DNA of 64,000 bases, taken from assembly GCA_040954595.2 (NCBI GenBank), contig CM082576.2:16105028-16169027 (forward strand), read 5' to 3'. The DNA comes from Balanoglossus misakiensis. Taxonomy: Eukaryota > Animalia > Hemichordata. Shown in pieces: positions 51,315-64,000 of the stretch (position 1 is the stretch's first letter; the number at the start of each line of letters is the position of its first letter). The notes below the pieces were generated by a model. That model was not told the origin of the DNA, did not search any database, and saw only the letters and a program-made list of their open reading frames with translations. A program made the position numbers and the translations under genes.

Positions 51315-53494
51315 CTAAAAACTTGGAATATCTTTCATAGTAGATGTACTCATGATTGTAAACTCTGAATCATCAGAAAGTGGAGAATATTTGACGTCAA
51401 AACCCGCAGGGGATTTCGCAGATGGTTTGTGTCTGGGTAAATTACAACATTTTTTACCCCAAGTAGCAAATACAAAGAGAACAGACACGCCGACAATTAT
51501 ACCAAGTGTCAACAGAAATGCCTTGACCGGTGATATTAACGTCTTCTCTCTCGGAAGGAAGAGAACAGCATCTGAAGTGTTTACAGTATTCATCACCCAG
51601 AGGTCATTCAACCAACCGTCGTTGTTGGAACTGTCATGGCCGAGACCGCCGAAAATATTAACGGCGTTATTGAAACGCCAGGCTACGCTCTCACACCGCG
51701 GCCCTGGTACATTTCTGGGGTCCGGCTGTCCTTTGACGCCGTAGAATGCCTCTGGGTTTTCGTGTTGGGAACCTCCCATCCAAGCCCACATCTTGGCTTC
51801 CACATCAAACTTCCACAGATCGGCAAGGAGGTCGGTCAGCGTGTAGAAGCCAATGTCCTTAACAGCGACACCCTCGCCACCAAACAACCAGAGATTGCCG
51901 TCTTTATCTACCCACGATGCACTGTGTTCTCTACAGCCAGGATTGCTCAGGGCGTCCATTTTTCCCAGAAGGCCATACACTCCAGGGTGTTTCCTGTCTG
52001 TGAATCCTGTCACAAAACTCCACGTCCCACTCTCGATTGAGTACAGCCACAAATCTGACGTCAAACCTTTTGCAAGGTGTCGATAGTGTTGATAGTTCTG
52101 CAAGGTATTGCCGCCAAACATGTACAGATATTTCCCATGTACAGTCCAGGTTGTGGCGCCGCTTTTCGGAGTGAGGGATTCAGACCCGTGTTCCGTCTCT
52201 GTGGAACTGACATTTAACTGACTCCACGTCAGAAATTTGAGAGAGAGCATCCAAAAATCGGATAAAACTTCAAAATTACTCCTCAGTCCTCCAAACAGGT
52301 AGAGCCCTTGTCCAGTGCACCAGTAAGCTGAATCACCCCTGGCTTCGGGAATACTTGCATTGTTGCGGTCAAACTCTACAATTTTCCACCGATATTCTTT
52401 CAAATTAAACATCCACAGATCAGAGAATGCTTTAGAGTCATAACCCAGTCCTCCGTATATCAGCAGAAATGCATCTGTAGAGCCACAAGCTGCGGCGTAG
52501 TGTCTGGCACTCGGAATGCTGCTGTTGCTGCCACCTCGGTGAATGACCCGCCAGGTCTGTTTCTTGGCGTCGAATTTCCAGAGACTGTTCAGTAAATATG
52601 TTGCATCGCCACCGGCGGTGAGCACCAGAAGTGAAGGATCAGCCTTGTTCACTGTCTCAAAACCCTCTCCACCAAACATCCACACATCGCCACGACCATC
52701 CTGCCATATTGCACTGCCCGACCGGGCACCGGGATACTCTTCCCACTCGGGCAAAGTCTCATCACTGTTGAAGATGGAAGTCTCATTTCTGGTGTCCACA
52801 CCACCAACCCATGTCCACACTGTATGCAATAGAATTCACGACACAAATACAACAAATGAGGTATAGAATTTCAACAAACGTTAGACGTATTGATAAGAGT
52901 ACATGTAGCACGCATAGATTTCCTGGAATTATTCACTAATCAACGTCCATACATGAACACATGTACATGTATACTACCAACAGAACTTGTCCTTTATGCT
53001 GCTTAAAAAACAGACTGACAGTTGCTAAAAATAATACATGACAGAGTCTCATTCTACTTTTCTGCAATTAACATTATACTTGCTGAATAATCTCTGTACA
53101 AATGTACTTGTCTTTTCTCTCTGTCTTACATGTATCAGTTGCTAATTCCACAGTCCCTGTGTGGAGGGACTGTGCTAATCCATAATACAAGCTATTTAGT
53201 TTCCCATTAACACCTGCTAATTAATTTAACTGTCTACCCCATCCACTGATTACATGCAAGTTGATAAAAGAAACAATTGTGAACCATGAATAAAGTTGAC
53301 ATCACTTAGAAGCTAAATAATATTCTTTTCCCTTCATTTATGTAAGAGTACATTTACACAACTGTGAATGGTTGTAATGATGATGAGTAATTCTCACCTG
53401 GAACTTCATAAAACTGCACTTCAGCAAAACTCTGTGCTTTCTTAAGCACAATACAAGAAGAGACTAAGATCAAACACGACAGTTTGGAGAACAT
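51315..53494 (-). CDS. Type I membrane protein with Kelch/galactose-oxidase-like beta-propeller (~533 aa, 2 coding exons)
   Basis: Exon 53494-53398 (MFSKLSCLILVSSCIVLKKAQSFAEVQFYEVP, signal-peptide-like) splices in phase 1 to 52819-51315. Six PxxR...[F/Y]GG...[DS]LW repeats, a TM helix AFLLTLGIIVGVSVLFVFATW and a tail with YSPL. Confidence 0.8.
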
Positions 53495-53749
53495 TTTCTA
53501 CAGCCTCAAGTTACAACATCAAGTCCATGTCAGCATCTGTCGGGAGACACACATATTGTTATCATGCAAATTCCTTTTGAATATTTTCCATAGTTGTCAA
53601 AACAGGCAATTGACAATGCCATACACTACGTGGCTGGATCAATAATCATGGTATTATTGATAATTGAGAAAACATTGGAGGAAAGTGCGTATGGTCTTGG
53701 TAGGTAAACACAAGCATGACAAGTCACAAGATTCTGATGTTGTACACGG

Positions 53750-63615
<9,866 letters not shown>

Positions 63616-64000
63616 TAGCTCGTGTCACAAAGTATCCTATAAATGTGTGAGAAATCTTATCCCAGGTTCTTGGTGACTGAGCGAAATTCTGCTTTTCTCA
63701 ATCATGACCACAGATTTGTCAAATTCGGATTAGAAACATTGAATAATTGACTGAGTGACTTTCGTATGACACCTTGCCTTATGGCATTGACTGTATACAA
63801 TGGCATTTGGTGTAATCTCTCTGTCAATTACCCGAGTGGTGTCTTGCTCATATCATGCTGTTTTGTCTAAATTATACTTGTAATCATCATGATCAATGTG
63901 TACATCAGTTTCAATTACTGTTCCAGACATGCATGCTGTGAAGAGACCTCGCATTCAAAAGACTCTCTCTAATTTGCATACTCCTTCTCTTTGACATTTT

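Overview
Eukaryotic (invertebrate animal, AT-rich, GT-AG introns; taxon not provable from sequence) genomic window. Seven host genes were reconstructed by manual splicing with consistent exon phases: a 140-aa secreted R-spondin-like gene with only the two furin-like domains (+, 1708-5781); FSIP1-like (-, 7879-18752, about 999 aa) head-to-head with APEX1 (+, 21266-28049); CNRIP1/CRIP1a (+, 40410-45708) with a CLN8-like TLC gene nested antisense in its first coding intron (-, 42385-43236); and a signal-peptide, Kelch-type propeller, single-TM gene (-, 51315-53494) head-to-head with EML5/6 (+, 54531 to beyond the window end). A full-length, ORF-intact Tx1/L1-clade non-LTR retrotransposon (about 32799-38987) sits inside an (ATC)n microsatellite. 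There are also two decayed LINE fragments and many MITEs (Harbinger-, Tc1/pogo-, Merlin-, Kolobok- and piggyBac-like). The most notable items are the (ATC)n-embedded Tx1 element, the TSP1-less mini R-spondin, the bacterial-looking Kelch membrane protein and the nested CLN8. Family assignments rest on recalled motifs, not on database searches.
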